Virus record (IMG/VR): IMGVR_UViG_3300045988_178189
Length of the DNA stretch: 18,770 bases
Reading direction: 5' to 3' (one strand)
From: a virus
This document shows positions 7,294 to 16,685 of this stretch, piece after piece. Position numbers and translations under genes: made by a program. A model generated the notes under the pieces. It saw only the letters and a program-made list of their open reading frames with translations. It had not been told where the DNA came from and ran no database searches. Positions within the stretch are counted from its first letter, which is position 1. Each line of letters starts with the position of its first letter.

Positions 7294-8105
7294 TTTTTAT
7301 ATTCCTTACAATAGTATTTACCACTTGCACCCTTAAGACAAACATAACCGTTAAAATTCTTTATCCAAATGTATTTACCATTTTCTTCGAGCTTAATACA
7401 AGTAATGGTAGTACCTTTCTTTATTACAGCATTACAATTTGGTTTTTTATATTTTAAGGCATTACGCATAGCAGGGTAGCAGTCTTTTACTTTAACGGGT
7501 GTTCCTACTTTAGGCTCTTTATTAATATATAAATCATCTAACGTAGTGTAATAAGTATATTCTTCTTTAGGACTATCCTCATATTTTTTCCAAGTTATTC
7601 CTGCGTCTTCTTTAATAGTGGTAAAATCATCTATAAATAAAAGTTCTTCTGGCTTTTTTGCACCCTCAGTGGTATTTAAGCACCATACCCCATTTTTATT
7701 TTTTAACCAGCCAGATCCTTTTATCATACCTTTACCAACACTTACATGATTATGAGGTCCAGTTGAAAGTGCGTCTTTATGTTCATGGCAGATAACCTCT
7801 CCTTGTTTATAGCTACTACCCACTTTTATTTTATTATATTCTGCACAACTAATATGTCCTACAAGTATTGTAACAAATGTTTTACCAGATGGTGTTTCTA
7901 CTTTTTCAATAGACGTTAGCCATATCTGATTAGTTTTTGCTTTTGCCTTTTTTACTATCACAGAATCAAATGGGGAATAAAAAGCTCCATTACTACCACC
8001 GTAAGTCTCATCTATTGGAAAGTCTTCTGGGTTATGTAATTTATGATTACCTTTATTATAACTTTGTGATATACTCATTATTTTAGCAAAATATCTAGCA
8101 TACAT
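7290..8105 (-). CDS. Endolysin: N-terminal M23-like peptidase domain plus C-terminal SH3b cell-wall-binding domain, 271 aa
   Basis: ...CHEHKDALSTGPHNHVSVG matches the M23 HxxxD...STGPHxH signature. The C-terminus VKVKDCYPAMRNALKYKKPNCNAVIKKGTTITCIKLEENGKYIWIKNFNGYVCLK has the bacterial SH3 pattern. RBS aaaggagga. It lies immediately downstream of the holin. Confidence 0.65.
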   Translation of the reverse strand: MYARYFAKIMSISQSYNKGNHKLHNPEDFPIDETYGGSNGAFYSPFDSVIVKKAKAKTNQIWLTSIEKVETPSGKTFVTILVGHISCAEYNKIKVGSSYKQGEVICHEHKDALSTGPHNHVSVGKGMIKGSGWLKNKNGVWCLNTTEGAKKPEELLFIDDFTTIKEDAGITWKKYEDSPKEEYTYYTTLDDLYINKEPKVGTPVKVKDCYPAMRNALKYKKPNCNAVIKKGTTITCIKLEENGKYIWIKNFNGYVCLKGASGKYYCKEYKK

Positions 8106-8107
8106 AA

Positions 8108-8278
8108 CTAGTCCTCCTTTCTGGTAAAAAAATAAGTGATGATCGCTCCGTAACTAGTACAATATAATGCTACTATTTCAGTAGGGGGATTAATATTTGG
8201 TACAAGTAAAAGTACCATTAATCCAATAGTCATTATAATTGTAACAAAGCTTTTAACATCAATCCATGCTTTTTTCAT
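8108..8278 (-). CDS. Holin (56 aa, two TM segments, charged C-terminus), absent from the supplied ORF track
   Basis: Manual translation of the - strand gives MKKAWIDVKSFVTIIMTIGLMVLLLVPNINPPTEIVALYCTSYGAIITYFFTRKED*. RBS gaggag sits 5 nt upstream. Its last codons aggaggac-tag form the RBS of the endolysin, a classic holin-endolysin coupling. Confidence 0.6.
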   Translation of the reverse strand: MKKAWIDVKSFVTIIMTIGLMVLLLVPNINPPTEIVALYCTSYGAIITYFFTRKED

Positions 8279-8301
8279 AAAATCTCCTCACTTTCTATTA
8301 A

Positions 8302-8601
8302 TTATTTTTCATAATTTGTTAGTGCAATTTCACAATGTTTTTTAGTTACACTATTATAACCTTTTTGAATATAAATATCACATGCACTTAATCTATCACT
8401 AATAGGAATACTATCGTTCCAGATAATAGATTTTAAGCTCATTTGTTCATTAGTTTTAATAGTTACTAATATTTCATTATATGCATTATCTATTTTTTCA
8501 TGATATTTTGATAACTTCCATGTATTAGTTATAATAATTATTAAAATACTTGCTACTACCCCTATTAACCAATATAGATTTTTCACTTTTTCTATTTTCA
8601 T
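8302..8601 (-). CDS. Membrane protein (99 aa from ATG; N-terminal signal-anchor LYWLIGVVASILIIIITNTW, extracytoplasmic C-domain) in the lysis cassette
   Basis: The ORF track starts it at a GTG. An ATG (MKIEKVK) preceded by gggag is more plausible. It sits between the fibre gene and the holin, so it could be an antiholin or holin partner, or a superinfection-exclusion protein. Confidence 0.5.
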   Translation of the reverse strand: MKIEKVKNLYWLIGVVASILIIIITNTWKLSKYHEKIDNAYNEILVTIKTNEQMSLKSIIWNDSIPISDRLSACDIYIQKGYNSVTKKHCEIALTNYEK

Positions 8602-10151
8602 CTGCCTAAATACTCCCACTCAGTTTTTATTTCTAGTTTTTGTAAATATTTATCATCGTAAATATCTCCATTTTCATTGATAACAATATCTCCTATAAAA
8701 GGTGTATCAAATTTGGTAGGATAATATTTAACAGAGCCTCTTGTAATATAAATAGAATATAGAGTTTTATCATCTATGTTAAAAAACGCATTAAGAGTAC
8801 TATAATTAATATTATGTATAGGATATCCGTGATTAGCAATATACATTACACTTAAGATATTAAATTGTAATTGGTATGGCTCTCCCAAAATTGTAAAAAG
8901 GTTTTCATTTTTACTAAATTCTAGTCTATTAACATTACCAGTTGCATAGTATGTGCCACCTTTAAAAATAGTTGCATTTGCTAAGTTTTTGTCTGATGTT
9001 GCATAAATACTTCCACCTGTGGTAGGTACAAACACTATATTTTCTTCAATTTCGCCAATAATTATTACTTCGTTATTATCATACATTACTTTATCAAATT
9101 TGTTATTTATCTCATCATATAAGTATGATCCGAAAGATGAAGTAGTTATATATAAGTTATTATTACATACTCTAAATGTTATTAGACCACTTGCACCAAT
9201 ACTACCTACGTTTGCCCAGTGAATTAAATCTGTTGACTTAGCAATATACGGGATAGACCCGTCAGTTTTTAAATAAAACATAAAATAATAGTCGTTAAAT
9301 TTTTTAATAATATAATGATTATTGTTACTTAGATAAACATTTGAAAAATCAGTTGGCATTACTAAATTTTCATATCGTGTTAGTTCTTTAGTAGTTAAAT
9401 TAATCATTTTAATTGAGTAAGTTGTCTCACTTCCACTTACAGAAGAAGCAAAATAGCAAGCATTATTAATATCACAAAATCCTATAAAATAACCATTTTC
9501 AGTTGTGGGAAATAATTTTTCTTGTAAAACCCCATATGCTTTTTTATAAAGGACATTATTTTTATATTTTATTATCTTATTTATTTCTCCATCATTAGTG
9601 ATATGATCTCCATAATAAACTTGCTTATCACTTGTACAATATCTATATCCACTTGCTTCAAGGGGTGGGGTCGATACAATATCCACTAAATTAACATTAG
9701 TATCATAAATTCCTTTATCTTCTTTATTCCATTTAGAATAAGGTGTATCATTATTAGTAAGTAAGAATGCAACATCTAATATACCTTTAGTAAATACATC
9801 TGGGTTATTAGTAAAATAAGTATTACCAAAATTATTAATTTTATCTAATATTTCCGTAAATCTATTTAAAATATTTAAAGTTATTTCACTTTCTTTATTT
9901 GAAATATTAGTTTTTATTTCATCTTCTCTATTTTTAAATTCCGTATTACTTGTAGTTATAGTTGTTTTAATATCATTAATTTTTTTCTTTAAATCAGTTA
10001 AAAATGTGTCAAATAATGTTGCGTTATTATCTTGTTTACTTTTTATATCTAAAAGTATAGGAATAAGTTCATAAATAATTTGTTCCAAAGATTTTTCATT
10101 TGTAAACTCTAAGGGTGTTAGGGAAGATATCCAAGCCTTATATTTATCCAT
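8598..10151 (-). CDS. Putative tail fibre / receptor-binding protein (517 aa): N-terminal coiled-coil, beta-rich C-terminal domain
   Basis: Large late-region ORF downstream of the collar genes with a Ser/Thr/Asn/Tyr/Gly-rich C-terminal half. RBS agggaggg. The assignment is positional. Confidence 0.45.
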   Translation of the reverse strand: MDKYKAWISSLTPLEFTNEKSLEQIIYELIPILLDIKSKQDNNATLFDTFLTDLKKKINDIKTTITTSNTEFKNREDEIKTNISNKESEITLNILNRFTEILDKINNFGNTYFTNNPDVFTKGILDVAFLLTNNDTPYSKWNKEDKGIYDTNVNLVDIVSTPPLEASGYRYCTSDKQVYYGDHITNDGEINKIIKYKNNVLYKKAYGVLQEKLFPTTENGYFIGFCDINNACYFASSVSGSETTYSIKMINLTTKELTRYENLVMPTDFSNVYLSNNNHYIIKKFNDYYFMFYLKTDGSIPYIAKSTDLIHWANVGSIGASGLITFRVCNNNLYITTSSFGSYLYDEINNKFDKVMYDNNEVIIIGEIEENIVFVPTTGGSIYATSDKNLANATIFKGGTYYATGNVNRLEFSKNENLFTILGEPYQLQFNILSVMYIANHGYPIHNINYSTLNAFFNIDDKTLYSIYITRGSVKYYPTKFDTPFIGDIVINENGDIYDDKYLQKLEIKTEWEYLGR

Positions 10152-10797
10152 TAGCTATACTTCCCTCCCTTAAAACTTTTTTACCATTTTCTTCTACTAC
10201 AACATATAAGTGTCCATTAAAATAGTAAAAACAACTCTCAAGTAAATCTACCGCTTTTACTACACTACCTTGCTTGTGATATAATACATCTTCACTTGTA
10301 TTATAATAGTAAGCACTATTATATGTAATATTAGGGTTGCTACTATAATCTGCTAAAACATATACACTTTTTACAATTGTTTGATATAGATTTTTAAAAT
10401 AATCTGTATTAAGTTGTGATGTAAAATAGCTACTTACAGAATCAGTTAAATCAATATTATTTAAAGTATTATCTACCTCATTAGATTTGTTAGTTATTTC
10501 TGTGTCTGTGTCGTTTTTATATTCCACTAGACTATTTAATAGTTCAGTTTCAAAAATCAAATAATTAGATTTTTGCTCTCTTACAAATTCAGATAAAGCA
10601 TTACTTAAATCTGTAATAGATGTATTTGTTTCTTTCTTTAAATCGTTAAAGCTTGACTCTAGAATACTTTCTCTATCAATTAGATTATTAATATAATCAA
10701 CCATTTTACCTACGATAGGTACTAGAGAAACATCATTTGTTAAGAATAACGGTTTATTTCCTTGTATAAAAATGTTTAGATGATTAAATTCGTTCAT
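10144..10797 (-). CDS. Putative tail/appendage structural protein (217 aa from ATG)
   Basis: The ORF track start is a GTG. The ATG at 10797 is preceded by gaggtgg plus 5 nt. It overlaps the downstream fibre gene by 8 bp. Confidence 0.45.
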   Translation of the reverse strand: MNEFNHLNIFIQGNKPLFLTNDVSLVPIVGKMVDYINNLIDRESILESSFNDLKKETNTSITDLSNALSEFVREQKSNYLIFETELLNSLVEYKNDTDTEITNKSNEVDNTLNNIDLTDSVSSYFTSQLNTDYFKNLYQTIVKSVYVLADYSSNPNITYNSAYYYNTSEDVLYHKQGSVVKAVDLLESCFYYFNGHLYVVVEENGKKVLREGSIANG

Positions 10798-10827
10798 ATC
10801 TTCCACCTCAATTCTATTATATCATAT

Positions 10828-11550
10828 TTAATCATAAATTAGAAGAAATAAGTCATATAGCTCAGTTACGATAGCCTCATCTACATTTATAATATTTTCT
10901 CTGTATCTGGCTATCATTTCTTGCTTAGAATAATTAGAAAGACCAGTAATTGTTCTTTTCATATTCTCATTACCATTACTTCTTCCCTCATTGATGCTAG
11001 TACTTTGTGTATTTATATTATTAGTAGTGATATTAGTTGCATAATCTTCATTACCAAGCTCACTAGTAGGGGTATCCTCAAATTTTTGTCTACTAGTAGA
11101 GGTATCATTACCACTTGCATTACCACTTGTTTCGTTAGTAGATTCTGTGATTCTTGTCTCAGTTATTTCATTATTACTGATAGGATTTTCGCCATTTAAT
11201 GAAACACTTTTATATAAATCATTAAAGTAAGGCATTATTAAATTTAATTTTTCATTTAATGCTAGCTTAAATCTACCCCATGATCCAAAACCAATTTCTC
11301 TCATATAATAATGCTTAATTATTTTAGTCTCTAGACTTATTTTAGTCTCATCACTATTATTAGGTTTCGGATACTCAAAATCAAATATCTTAGTTCTAAC
11401 TTTACTAATAATTGTATCTATATCTGGCACATTAAATGGATTTTCTAAATCGGGTAATACCATATTTTCAAAAGTATTATTAAGATAATAATCTTTTTCA
11501 TTATATAAGCATTCGCAAACATCACATAGTCTTAATGTATATCTACTCAT
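10828..11550 (-). CDS. Lower collar protein (phi29 gp11-like), 240 aa from the RBS-supported ATG
   Basis: It sits immediately after the portal gene with an 8-bp overlap. Internal Met15 (MSRYTL...) is preceded by aagggagga. Size and position fit gp11. Confidence 0.5.
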   Translation of the reverse strand: MSRYTLRLCDVCECLYNEKDYYLNNTFENMVLPDLENPFNVPDIDTIISKVRTKIFDFEYPKPNNSDETKISLETKIIKHYYMREIGFGSWGRFKLALNEKLNLIMPYFNDLYKSVSLNGENPISNNEITETRITESTNETSGNASGNDTSTSRQKFEDTPTSELGNEDYATNITTNNINTQSTSINEGRSNGNENMKRTITGLSNYSKQEMIARYRENIINVDEAIVTELYDLFLLIYD

Positions 11551-12433
11551 TATCTTGTCCTCCCTTTTCTTCTCTATTAAAATCTTCAACATCTTCTATA
11601 TCACTTTCATATCTAAATTTAACATCAATATTAAGACCAAACATTTTATTTATCTCTTTACAAGCTTGCTTTCTAGCATTTAAGTAAGATAGTCTAGTTA
11701 AAGCGACATCTTCTTCATTACTAGTTATTTCGCCGGCTAGTAGACGTTCTTTTTTATCATCAGAAAAATTATTTATTCCCAAGTCTCCTAGAGCTTCATT
11801 ATAGTATTTTTTCTTTAATGCGTATAGCTCTAACGTATTATTAGGGGTTATGGTATTTTGAATACCTAAGTTTTCTAACTCAAGTTCACTTGCCCCAATA
11901 ATAATTTCTTCATTTTCTTTAATTTTTCTAAATAGAGCCTTAACACTTGCCACTTTATTTTCTGGTACTAAGAATATAAAAGGTCTTTTTAATTGATTAA
12001 TATTAATTTCAATAGTTCTTTCAATATCTGCAATTTTATTAGCATTATAGTATATTTTAGGCAGTGTTGGTGTGTGTGTCCAATTGTTATATATTATAAC
12101 ACTATTAGTGGCATTTCTACTGGCATTATATCCACTTGGTGTATAAATTCTATAATCAGTAGGTAAATTATATACATTAAATTTACCTCCTAGTGTACAT
12201 TGTAAAGCTAAATAAACATCAAGCTCTTCATCTTTAAAGAAGCATATATGACCTTGAGTACATAAAACAATTTCTAAATATCTTTCATCAATTGTAGGTG
12301 GTAGATTAATCCACTCAAACATAGAAATAGCCTTATTGTATAACCTATCTACATTATACCAAGTTACTTGATCGTTTCTTAAATTACTTTTCTTAGGCAT
12401 AAAACCTAAATTAAATATTGGTTGATTATTCAT
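11543..12433 (-). CDS. Portal / head-tail connector (phi29 gp10-like), 296 aa
   Basis: The motif FEWINLPPTI and the C-terminal ...LNIDVKFRYESD... resemble the phi29 connector as recalled. Size (296 against about 309 aa) and position between tail knob and lower collar fit. Confidence 0.7.
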   Translation of the reverse strand: MNNQPIFNLGFMPKKSNLRNDQVTWYNVDRLYNKAISMFEWINLPPTIDERYLEIVLCTQGHICFFKDEELDVYLALQCTLGGKFNVYNLPTDYRIYTPSGYNASRNATNSVIIYNNWTHTPTLPKIYYNANKIADIERTIEININQLKRPFIFLVPENKVASVKALFRKIKENEEIIIGASELELENLGIQNTITPNNTLELYALKKKYYNEALGDLGINNFSDDKKERLLAGEITSNEEDVALTRLSYLNARKQACKEINKMFGLNIDVKFRYESDIEDVEDFNREEKGGQDNE

Positions 12434-12445
12434 ATTTTTTCCTCC

Positions 12446-14317
12446 TTAGATTTCATCATTATTAAGCTTATAGTTACATACATCTGTCGTGTGCCAGATA
12501 GTTATACCTTGATTAAACATTGTTTTAATCTTTTCTAAGCTATCTTCATTAATGTTAGCCTTTATATTACAGTCTACTGTTCTTATATAATCCCATGATT
12601 TTCTAGTATGTAAATTAGGGGTTTCAATTTTATTGTAGGCATAACCAAACTTTTTAAAGAAATCTTCTAATACTTTTATGTATTCATCACTTATTTGTTT
12701 ATAAACTAGGCAATATCCACTATATTGATTCTGATATGTAAAATATACATCTCCACCTTGTAGTGATACATTGTCTGCTACATTTTGTGCGTCTTGCTTT
12801 TTAGCAAGAGCGTTACTAATTGCTTTTTCGCTAGTTAAATTACCTTGTAATTCGGTATTTTCAAGGTCAGCTTGTGTTATTAAATAGTTACCATAGGCAT
12901 TAATACCACCCTCGCCAGCACCACTAAAACCTCCAGCAATAGCACCTGGCAAACCACCTTTACTTCCTCCTATTGACATACCAGACACTATACTACCTAG
13001 TGCTTGCCAAAAACTAGCCTCTCTACTTGCATTTACTCTATTGCTTGCCATAGTATTATTAAGTTGCGTTTGGCTTAATGTATTAGCAATAGACTGGTTA
13101 ATTTGATTTGCATTACCTTGTAAGTATGCTGAGCTATAAGAATCACTAATAGTTAAGTTATTAGGAAAGCTATTAATAACCCCATTACCAAGTTCCCATC
13201 TACAATAATTTAACTGTATTCCTTTATATCTATAATGATCCACTATATGAGCTTGTTTACTGTTAAGTCCACCACTTGTAAATGTACGAACATTTATTTG
13301 TGTATCGTCTAGATATTCATTTTTAATATCAAAGCTATTTCCTTGTCCATCTACTAATTGAACATAAGAATATGGATACATTAATAACTTACTTTCCGTA
13401 ATATTATTTTTTAAATTACCATATTTTGGAAAAGTTCTTAAAACATTATGAGGATTAGAACTACTAGACCTGTAAGGTAAACTAATAGTTGGTAAATCAG
13501 TAACTTGATATTCCCATATAATTAAATCTTCTGCTCTGATTACTATTTCATTAGTTGTATTATCAATAGTATAATCATATTCAAAAGGTGGCTCAGAGAC
13601 AATAAATGCACTTACTAACTTATTAGCAAGACTTGTAGCAGTTCTAAAAGCATTTAATACATCTGGAATACCCGTTTGTGATTTTCCATCTTTTCGCCAT
13701 TTTACTATTGTTTTATTAGTTGTTTTATAAACGGGATAATAAAATATTGATAAAATAGTGGGTACATCTTGAGGTTGCCCAAGCATTACTTCACTATTAA
13801 ATAATGATGTAACAAGACAAACCCAGTATAAATCGTTATTATATTCTCTATGATCTTTTACTATATATTCCCCACCAAAATCTAGTCCCTCATCTTGAGT
13901 GTTTATAACAGGTGTTCCGTCACTATTCCATCTAGTACAATGTTTTCTCTCAATAAAACAGTCTCTAAATTCTAAATTAAAGCACCATGTTTGCCACTCA
14001 TCAATTACAAAACTTACTAAACTAGTATTAGGATTAACATATTCAATATTAGTAATAAATGCATAAAATGTTTTATTACTATAATTTTTATTGGTAAAAC
14101 TCATATAATTATATTCAAGTATACTATCTCTTTCGGCTTTAACTTTTATTTTACCATTACTACGAACATATGTTACATTATCAAAAACTTTATTTTCCAA
14201 AGAATTAAAATACTCTGTTTGTTTTGCCGTATTTTCAAACAAAATAACATTCTTATAGTCTATGGAAAAAGGTACACTCTTAATTAAGTGTACCTCATTT
14301 GTTGGTTTTATTTCCAT
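12446..14317 (-). CDS. Tail knob / distal tail protein (phi29 gp9-like), 623 aa
   Basis: The N-terminal VPFSIDYKNVILFEN and NKTFYAFITNIEYVN blocks resemble gp9 (VPFSNDYKN..., NKWFYAFVT...) as recalled. Size is about 600 aa. It follows the capsid gene. Confidence 0.65.
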   Translation of the reverse strand: MEIKPTNEVHLIKSVPFSIDYKNVILFENTAKQTEYFNSLENKVFDNVTYVRSNGKIKVKAERDSILEYNYMSFTNKNYSNKTFYAFITNIEYVNPNTSLVSFVIDEWQTWCFNLEFRDCFIERKHCTRWNSDGTPVINTQDEGLDFGGEYIVKDHREYNNDLYWVCLVTSLFNSEVMLGQPQDVPTILSIFYYPVYKTTNKTIVKWRKDGKSQTGIPDVLNAFRTATSLANKLVSAFIVSEPPFEYDYTIDNTTNEIVIRAEDLIIWEYQVTDLPTISLPYRSSSSNPHNVLRTFPKYGNLKNNITESKLLMYPYSYVQLVDGQGNSFDIKNEYLDDTQINVRTFTSGGLNSKQAHIVDHYRYKGIQLNYCRWELGNGVINSFPNNLTISDSYSSAYLQGNANQINQSIANTLSQTQLNNTMASNRVNASREASFWQALGSIVSGMSIGGSKGGLPGAIAGGFSGAGEGGINAYGNYLITQADLENTELQGNLTSEKAISNALAKKQDAQNVADNVSLQGGDVYFTYQNQYSGYCLVYKQISDEYIKVLEDFFKKFGYAYNKIETPNLHTRKSWDYIRTVDCNIKANINEDSLEKIKTMFNQGITIWHTTDVCNYKLNNDEI

Positions 14318-15624
14318 TAGTCTTTAACTTTAATAGTTGCAGTTCCCGTAACGGCTTTAGGTTCACTGTCTCCAAATTTTGCATTTGTTGTAGCAGTAAT
14401 AGTAATTAATTTACTTGTTTCATCTGCACCAATAAATACATGTCCATCTTGAGTTATTTTACTATTTTGTGAATTATTACCACTTATTGAAAGTACATAA
14501 CTTAAATCGCCCGTACCGTCATAGTCCATTTCCACTTTTACATCAGTTTCAAACCCTTTTCTTACACTTTGTGCCTCTGGAATTACATTTACACTATTAA
14601 TTTTAAATGTATCTGTACTTGTAGCAAAGCAAATCGCATTACTAAATGGAGAACTTGCAATTACTTGATGATGGTGTAAGAAATGATTCCAGTATCTATG
14701 TTGTGGATTATAAATACTTTCAGTTGTAAGTAATACATCATAGATCATACTAAATTCATCATCTGTAATACCACCTAAAATACTATCGTGATTATCTCCA
14801 AAATCATCAACAATAATCATTCTGTTTGATAATGGTTTACCCATATTAATATTGAAGTTATTTGCAAGTTGCGTAACATCAATTACTGGTACAACATCTT
14901 TATGCAAGAAGATTATTTGTCTATTAATTGGTGTAACATTCATTACCCCAGCTTGATTATAATCTCTTGTAGGGTAAGTAAGTGATAACCCAGCTTGTCT
15001 TAATGCAATACTAAATGATTCACTTGTAGCTTTATCAGTAGGTTTTACCACTACCATTTTATATGCATTATCTAAACAGTCTCCTAGTAATTGTTTAAAA
15101 ATGATATATTCATCTACATTATCACTTGTTTGCATTGAGCTAAATATACCAGCAATAAATCTTGTAAAAGCAGTATAACTTGTAAATGCTTTTTGCAATT
15201 CTTTTTCAGTAATTGTTTGTTTATAATAATCTTGTCTATTGATTTTATGAAACGCACTTAATACTTCTGGTTTTTCAACTTTCCATACATCACTTTCTTC
15301 TCCAGTAGCTGGTGTTACACTATATGTATGTGCTTTACAGATATCTACAAATACTTCTTCGATAGTGTCTCCCCACTCTAGAAATCCTCTTTTTAAAACA
15401 GCTAATTGATTAGAGTACATAGCTTCTTTAACATATGTTAAGCCTATCTTATTGAATAATGTATTTAAAAATTCATTTAAGGCAGGTTTATAACTAAATA
15501 ATGCTTGTCCTACATCTTTTAGGTTTTCTTGCGTTGCCTCAGGTATTCTATCTGCAAAATCGATAATATTACCGTTTTCAATGATAGAGTTTCTAAGGAT
15601 ATTAATTGTTTGATAATTTGCCAT
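14317..15624 (-). CDS. Major capsid protein (phi29 gp8-like) with a C-terminal BIG2-like Ig domain, 435 aa
   Basis: It follows the scaffold gene with a 1-nt stop/start overlap. The C-terminus ...ITITATTNAKFGDSEPKAVTGTATIKVKD is typical of a bacterial Ig-like group 2 domain, as in phi29 gp8. Confidence 0.7.
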   Translation of the reverse strand: MANYQTINILRNSIIENGNIIDFADRIPEATQENLKDVGQALFSYKPALNEFLNTLFNKIGLTYVKEAMYSNQLAVLKRGFLEWGDTIEEVFVDICKAHTYSVTPATGEESDVWKVEKPEVLSAFHKINRQDYYKQTITEKELQKAFTSYTAFTRFIAGIFSSMQTSDNVDEYIIFKQLLGDCLDNAYKMVVVKPTDKATSESFSIALRQAGLSLTYPTRDYNQAGVMNVTPINRQIIFLHKDVVPVIDVTQLANNFNINMGKPLSNRMIIVDDFGDNHDSILGGITDDEFSMIYDVLLTTESIYNPQHRYWNHFLHHHQVIASSPFSNAICFATSTDTFKINSVNVIPEAQSVRKGFETDVKVEMDYDGTGDLSYVLSISGNNSQNSKITQDGHVFIGADETSKLITITATTNAKFGDSEPKAVTGTATIKVKD

Positions 15625-15944
15625 TAATTTTTACCTCCTAACATATCATGCACAATTTCTTCATAAGTAGGTAATTTTTCTTGAGGTTTTCCCTCATCGG
15701 ATTCTAAGTCATCGCTAGGATTTTCAGGCTTAGTACCTTGTTTGAAAAATTCATCTACTTTTTTAGCTTGTAAACTTTTATAATCTTCTTGTAACTTAGC
15801 AGTATTTGATACAAGTTCTTGATACTTGTCATTGGATTCTTTTCGATCATTTTTAAGTGTATCTACGATTTCAACTTTTCGCTCAAGTGTTGTTTCATCT
15901 TTTGCTATTTCACTTAAAAGACTATCAAATTCTTCATCTTTCAT
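15624..15944 (-). CDS. Scaffolding protein (acidic coiled-coil, 106 aa; phi29 gp7-like)
   Basis: First gene after the late promoter. The protein is very acidic with a predicted helical coiled-coil. RBS ggagg. 1-nt overlap with the capsid gene. Confidence 0.55.
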   Translation of the reverse strand: MKDEEFDSLLSEIAKDETTLERKVEIVDTLKNDRKESNDKYQELVSNTAKLQEDYKSLQAKKVDEFFKQGTKPENPSDDLESDEGKPQEKLPTYEEIVHDMLGGKN

Positions 15945-15963
15945 GTTTAACCTCCATAATTAA

Positions 15964-15992
15964 ATTATAACATAAAAGCATTTGTTTGTAAA
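15964..15992 (-). promoter_or_regulatory. Late promoter: TTTACA - 17 nt - TGtTATAAT on the - strand, about 20 nt upstream of the scaffold gene
   Basis: The reverse complement reads tttaca aacaaatgcttttatgt tataat. The RBS ggagg and the ATG at 15944 follow. Confidence 0.6.
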
Positions 15993-16061
15993 TACAATTG
16001 TTCGTTTTTTGAAAGTTCAAAATAATATATATTATGTTAACTAAAATACAAAAAATAAAAA

Positions 16062-16140
16062 GAACGAAAATTTTAATATTTTCGTCCCATATTTTAATAT
16101 TTTCGTCCCATATTTTAATGTTTTCGTCCCATATTTAATC
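16062..16140. repeat. Three tandem 21-bp repeats (ttttaatattttcgtcccata; third copy a->g) with a partial fourth copy and a flanking inverted half-site (gaacgaaaa)
   Basis: Copies at 16071-16091, 16092-16112 and 16113-16133, then a partial copy to 16140. 16062-16070 is a near-reverse-complement of the ttttcgtcc core. The array lies between the early operon end (16231) and the late promoter (15964-15992). Confidence 0.9.
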
Positions 16141-16230
16141 TACAATATATATTTTCAACTTCCTTAAATAATATAATTACACTTACTAAACTAAGTCCGT
16201 TCGTTATACAAAGTGTTATTAATATAAAAT

Positions 16231-16500
16231 CTAACATTTCTTATCCCCTTTACTTTTTATTTCTTTCTTTAACTTACCACTTTTAACATCATTTATTAAT
16301 TTTTGTATATTTATCCCAATTTCATATTCAGTTTGATTACATCTATTATGGATTAAATCAATTAAATATCCACGTTCTTTATCAATTCTTTTTGATAATT
16401 CTTTATAAATATAACTTATATGAAGTGCATTAATAATTGTGGTAAATGCTAATAATATAATTGCTATATTCATTATAAATTCCCACATCTCCATTCCCAT
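16231..16500 (-). CDS. Small membrane protein (89 aa; N-terminal TM FIMNIAIILLAFTTIINAL), last gene of the early operon
   Basis: ORF overlapping the upstream gene by 28 nt. No clear independent RBS, so translational coupling is possible. Confidence 0.4.
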   Translation of the reverse strand: MGMEMWEFIMNIAIILLAFTTIINALHISYIYKELSKRIDKERGYLIDLIHNRCNQTEYEIGINIQKLINDVKSGKLKKEIKSKGDKKC

Positions 16501-16673
16501 GCGTCTTTAATCATGTCTATTACCTCATTATAGGTCTTTTTTTCATCATCTACATAAAAAGCTATTAGAGAGACAATAATTGCCATAATCTCTCCATCAG
16601 AGCCGTTTAAGACCGTCTGTTCAATGTCTACTTTTTCTTCTTCAATGTTTCCTACTGCTTTAATTTTTATCAT
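16473..16673 (-). CDS. Hypothetical acidic protein (66 aa)
   Basis: RBS gaggt sits 7 nt before the ATG at 16673. Confidence 0.45.
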   Translation of the reverse strand: MIKIKAVGNIEEEKVDIEQTVLNGSDGEIMAIIVSLIAFYVDDEKKTYNEVIDMIKDAWEWRCGNL

Positions 16674-16685
16674 TTTTTAACCTCG

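Noticed and set aside
8598-10806. GTG-initiated N-terminal extensions in the ORF track for the 105-aa, 220-aa and 254-aa ORFs.
   Set aside because: In each case an in-frame ATG a few codons downstream has a much better Shine-Dalgarno (gggag, gaggtgg, aagggagga). The coordinates were adjusted accordingly.
1243-11199. Antisense or embedded ORFs from the track: 1243..1467(-), 1748..1999(+), 2286..2483(-), 3328..3510(+), 3383..3589(+), 6346..6570(+), 7236..7457(+), 9019..9222(+), 10921..11199(+).
   Set aside because: Each lies wholly inside, and mostly antisense to, a well-supported gene. None has an RBS, and all have low-complexity hydrophobic translations typical of AT-rich antisense frames.
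16062-16140. Possible CRISPR array, prompted by the 21-bp direct repeats.
   Set aside because: The units are contiguous with no unique spacers and only three copies. This is a tandem repeat or operator array, not CRISPR.
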